The notes beneath the pieces are model-generated. The model made no database searches. It saw only the letters and a list, made by a program, of their open reading frames with translations, and had not been told where the DNA came from. A stretch of 63,454 nt of DNA, the filler included. It is 5 parts of 5 records of this genome, joined end to end, with 100 filler letters (N's around TTAATTAATTAA, not from the genome) between each part and the next. Parts side by side here need not be neighbours in the genome. Positions count along the whole stretch, not along the records: positions 53,344 to 63,454 come from SRR20825006_2251; 4 more parts are not named here. The stretch is one strand, 5' to 3'. Below are positions 61,248 through 63,454 of this stretch, piece by piece. A program made the position numbers and the translations under genes. Numbering within the stretch: position 1 is the first letter of the stretch; the number at the start of each line of letters is the position of its first letter.

Positions 61248-62162
61248 TTAGAATAAAAACTCTTTACCATCTTCTGCAAGAGCTACTTTATCAAAAACCT
61301 GTTTTGCTTCTTCTTTAAATTCATTTAAATCGTTATACCTTGTTGAGTAATGCCCCAAAATCAATCCCCCTACAGCTGCTTTTTTTGCAATAATTCCTGC
61401 CTGTTTTGCGGTAGAATGACCTGTTTCAAGGGCTAATTTTTCATGTTGCTCCAAAAAAGTAGACTCATGGTATAACATGGTTACCTCTTTAATTATCGGG
61501 ACAATATCTTCCTTGTAAGAAGTATCACTACAAAAGGCATAGCTCTTTGGCTTCTGAGGGTCCAAAGTAAGTTTATCATTAGCAACCACAGACCCATCAT
61601 CTAAGGTAACATCTTTTCCTTTTTTTATATTCTGATAAAAACATTTATCAATATTATAATTTAATACGGCATTGACATCTAGCTTTCTATCTCCTAATTT
61701 TTCTTTAAACAAAAAGCCATTAGTATACACACGATGTTTTAAAGGAATTGTGAATACCTCAACTTTATCATCTTCAAAAATTAACTCAGAAGTATTAGCC
61801 TGTAATTCATGAAAAATCAATGGATAATTAGTCCAAGCACTCCCTACTTTCAGCATTAAAGTTACCGCTTCCTTTATCCCTTTTGGTCCATAAACATGAA
61901 GCGGTGTATCCCTTCCAAGTAATCTAAAAGTAGACAATAAACCCGGAAGTCCGAAAAAATGATCTCCATGTAAATGAGAAATAAAAATATGCTTGATGCG
62001 GGCAAATTTAATCTTCTGCCTCCTTAATTGCACTTGGGTACCTTCTCCACAATCTATCAGAAAAATATGGTTTTTTATTTCTAGTGCCTGCGCTGTAGGA
62101 TTTGTAAAAGCCCTTGGTGTTGCGCTGTAACACCCTAATATGTGGAGTTTAAGATTGTTCAT
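61248..62162 (-). CDS. rnz: Ribonuclease Z
   Basis: DCGEGTQ, HLHGDH, SDT, HESTF, HST, GHYSTRY. Confidence 0.96.
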   Translation of the reverse strand: MNNLKLHILGCYSATPRAFTNPTAQALEIKNHIFLIDCGEGTQVQLRRQKIKFARIKHIFISHLHGDHFFGLPGLLSTFRLLGRDTPLHVYGPKGIKEAVTLMLKVGSAWTNYPLIFHELQANTSELIFEDDKVEVFTIPLKHRVYTNGFLFKEKLGDRKLDVNAVLNYNIDKCFYQNIKKGKDVTLDDGSVVANDKLTLDPQKPKSYAFCSDTSYKEDIVPIIKEVTMLYHESTFLEQHEKLALETGHSTAKQAGIIAKKAAVGGLILGHYSTRYNDLNEFKEEAKQVFDKVALAEDGKEFLF

Positions 62163-62192
62163 ACTATTTATAGAAGATTTACAACTGTTATC

Positions 62193-62525
62193 TTAAAAAT
62201 CAAGATCACGTTCAATATCTTCCATTTCTATTACATCGTATGCTTCCTCCAATGTTGGTGTAACCACAAGCTCTTCATTTACATCATTAAAACTTACAGT
62301 ATTGGTTACTATAACAAAGGATTTTTTTGCAGAACGATGATCTCGAGACAATTCTAGAAACTCCATTAAATCACTAGCTGAAAGATTACTTAATGAAAGT
62401 AAATTTAGTATTAAATGATCTTTTTTATATTTTGAATACGACTCTTTAAAGCGTTCTATAAACTTTCCAAGAGAAACACTCTCTTGAGTTATTACGGTAA
62501 TATTCTCTTGTCTATCAATTATCAT
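62193..62525 (-). CDS. Conserved hypothetical protein
   Basis: 110-aa ORF between pyrB and rnz ending PTLEEAYDVIEMEDIERDL. Confidence 0.8.
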   Translation of the reverse strand: MIIDRQENITVITQESVSLGKFIERFKESYSKYKKDHLILNLLSLSNLSASDLMEFLELSRDHRSAKKSFVIVTNTVSFNDVNEELVVTPTLEEAYDVIEMEDIERDLDF

Positions 62526-62529
62526 AATC

Positions 62530-63454
62530 CTACTGTTTTATTTTAGAAGCCAATAAATAAATTGCTGCCATTCTAACTGCTACTCCATTTTCCACTTGAT
62601 TAAGGATAATAGCCTGTTTAGAATCTGCCACATCGCTGGTAATTTCTACACCGCGATTAATAGGTCCTGGATGCATTATTATAATTTCTTTATCTAAAGA
62701 ATCTAACAACGCTTTATTAACTCCAAATTGCTGCGTGTATTCTCTAGTTGACGGGAAATAACTAATATCCATACGCTCATTTTGCACTCGAAGCATATTA
62801 GCAACATCACACCATGCTAAGGCCTTACGTAAATCGGTTTCTACTGCTACGCCTAAGGAAGTTATATATTTTGGAATCAATGTTTTGGGGCCGCAAACTT
62901 TTACATTTGCCCCTTGCAATTTTAGAGCAAAGATGTTTGACAATGCTACTCTAGAATGTAAAATATCTCCAACAATAACTACATTTTTTCCAGCAACATC
63001 TCCTAGTTTTTCTCTTATTGAATAGGAATCTAAAAGTGCTTGCGTTGGATGCTCATGAGCTCCATCTCCTGCATTTATAATACTTGCCTTTACATTTTTA
63101 GAAAGAAATACCCCAGCGCCTGGATTTGGATGTCTCATTACAACCATATCCACTTTCATGGAAAGGATATTGTTTACGGTATCAATAAGCGTTTCTCCTT
63201 TTTTTACTGAAGATTGTGCCGCAGAAAAATTGATAACATCCGCAGAAAGTCTTTTTTCTGCTAACTCAAAAGAAAGCTTTGTACGCGTACTATTTTCAAA
63301 AAATAAATTAGCAATGGTAATATCTCGAAGAGAAGGTACCTTTTTAATTGGTCTATTAATAACTTCTTTAAAATGATCTGCAGTTTCAAAAATCAATTGA
63401 ATATCTGCTTCATTTAGATATTTAATTCCCAGTAAGTGGTTTACACTTAATTCG
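62530..63454 (-). CDS. pyrB: Aspartate carbamoyltransferase catalytic subunit (start just beyond window edge)
   Basis: FFENSTRT, KGETL, HEHPTQ, GDILHSRV, HPGP; frame stays open to the edge (ELSVNHLLGIK). Confidence 0.97.
   Translation of the reverse strand, partial: ELSVNHLLGIKYLNEADIQLIFETADHFKEVINRPIKKVPSLRDITIANLFFENSTRTKLSFELAEKRLSADVINFSAAQSSVKKGETLIDTVNNILSMKVDMVVMRHPNPGAGVFLSKNVKASIINAGDGAHEHPTQALLDSYSIREKLGDVAGKNVVIVGDILHSRVALSNIFALKLQGANVKVCGPKTLIPKYITSLGVAVETDLRKALAWCDVANMLRVQNERMDISYFPSTREYTQQFGVNKALLDSLDKEIIIMHPGPINRGVEITSDVADSKQAIILNQVENGVAVRMAAIYLLASKIKQ

Overview
The window is not one continuous locus. It is five contigs joined by 100-nt artificial spacers (N44-TTAATTAATTAA-N44). 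Contig 1 (1-25301, alphaproteobacterial, Thalassospira-like by inference) is a catabolic region with two tripartite tricarboxylate transporters, a divergent aconitase, a four-carbon acid-sugar kinase/PdxA cluster and a kdgD/enolase pair. Contig 2 (25402-32909, Rhodobacteraceae-like) holds housekeeping genes: greA, ETF-QO, a TPR protein, ispE, a polyprenyl synthase and a methyltransferase. Contig 3 (33010-38214, GC-rich alphaproteobacterial) has an AT-rich four-gene operon inserted between sodC and a methyltransferase. Contigs 4 and 5 (38315-63454, Flavobacteriaceae-like) are core genes (gldI, ndk, recF, ribH, mutL, dnaX, ppk1, pdxH, rnz, pyrB). The most interesting element is the contig 3 insert, a Lamassu/ABC-three-component-type defence operon (SMC-like ATPase, middle component, LmuA-like protein). 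Its LmuA-like protein has no enzymatic effector domain. Instead it starts with a 15-residue motif (DQRRASSARDMAGRD) that recurs at the C-terminus of a translationally coupled 62-aa glycine-zipper membrane protein (DQSGAQSGGDIVGRD). This is the gene architecture of amyloid-signalling receptor/effector pairs and suggests an SMC sensor coupled to a membrane effector by a homotypic motif. That mechanism is inference and untested. All family and taxon assignments are by eye, without database searches.
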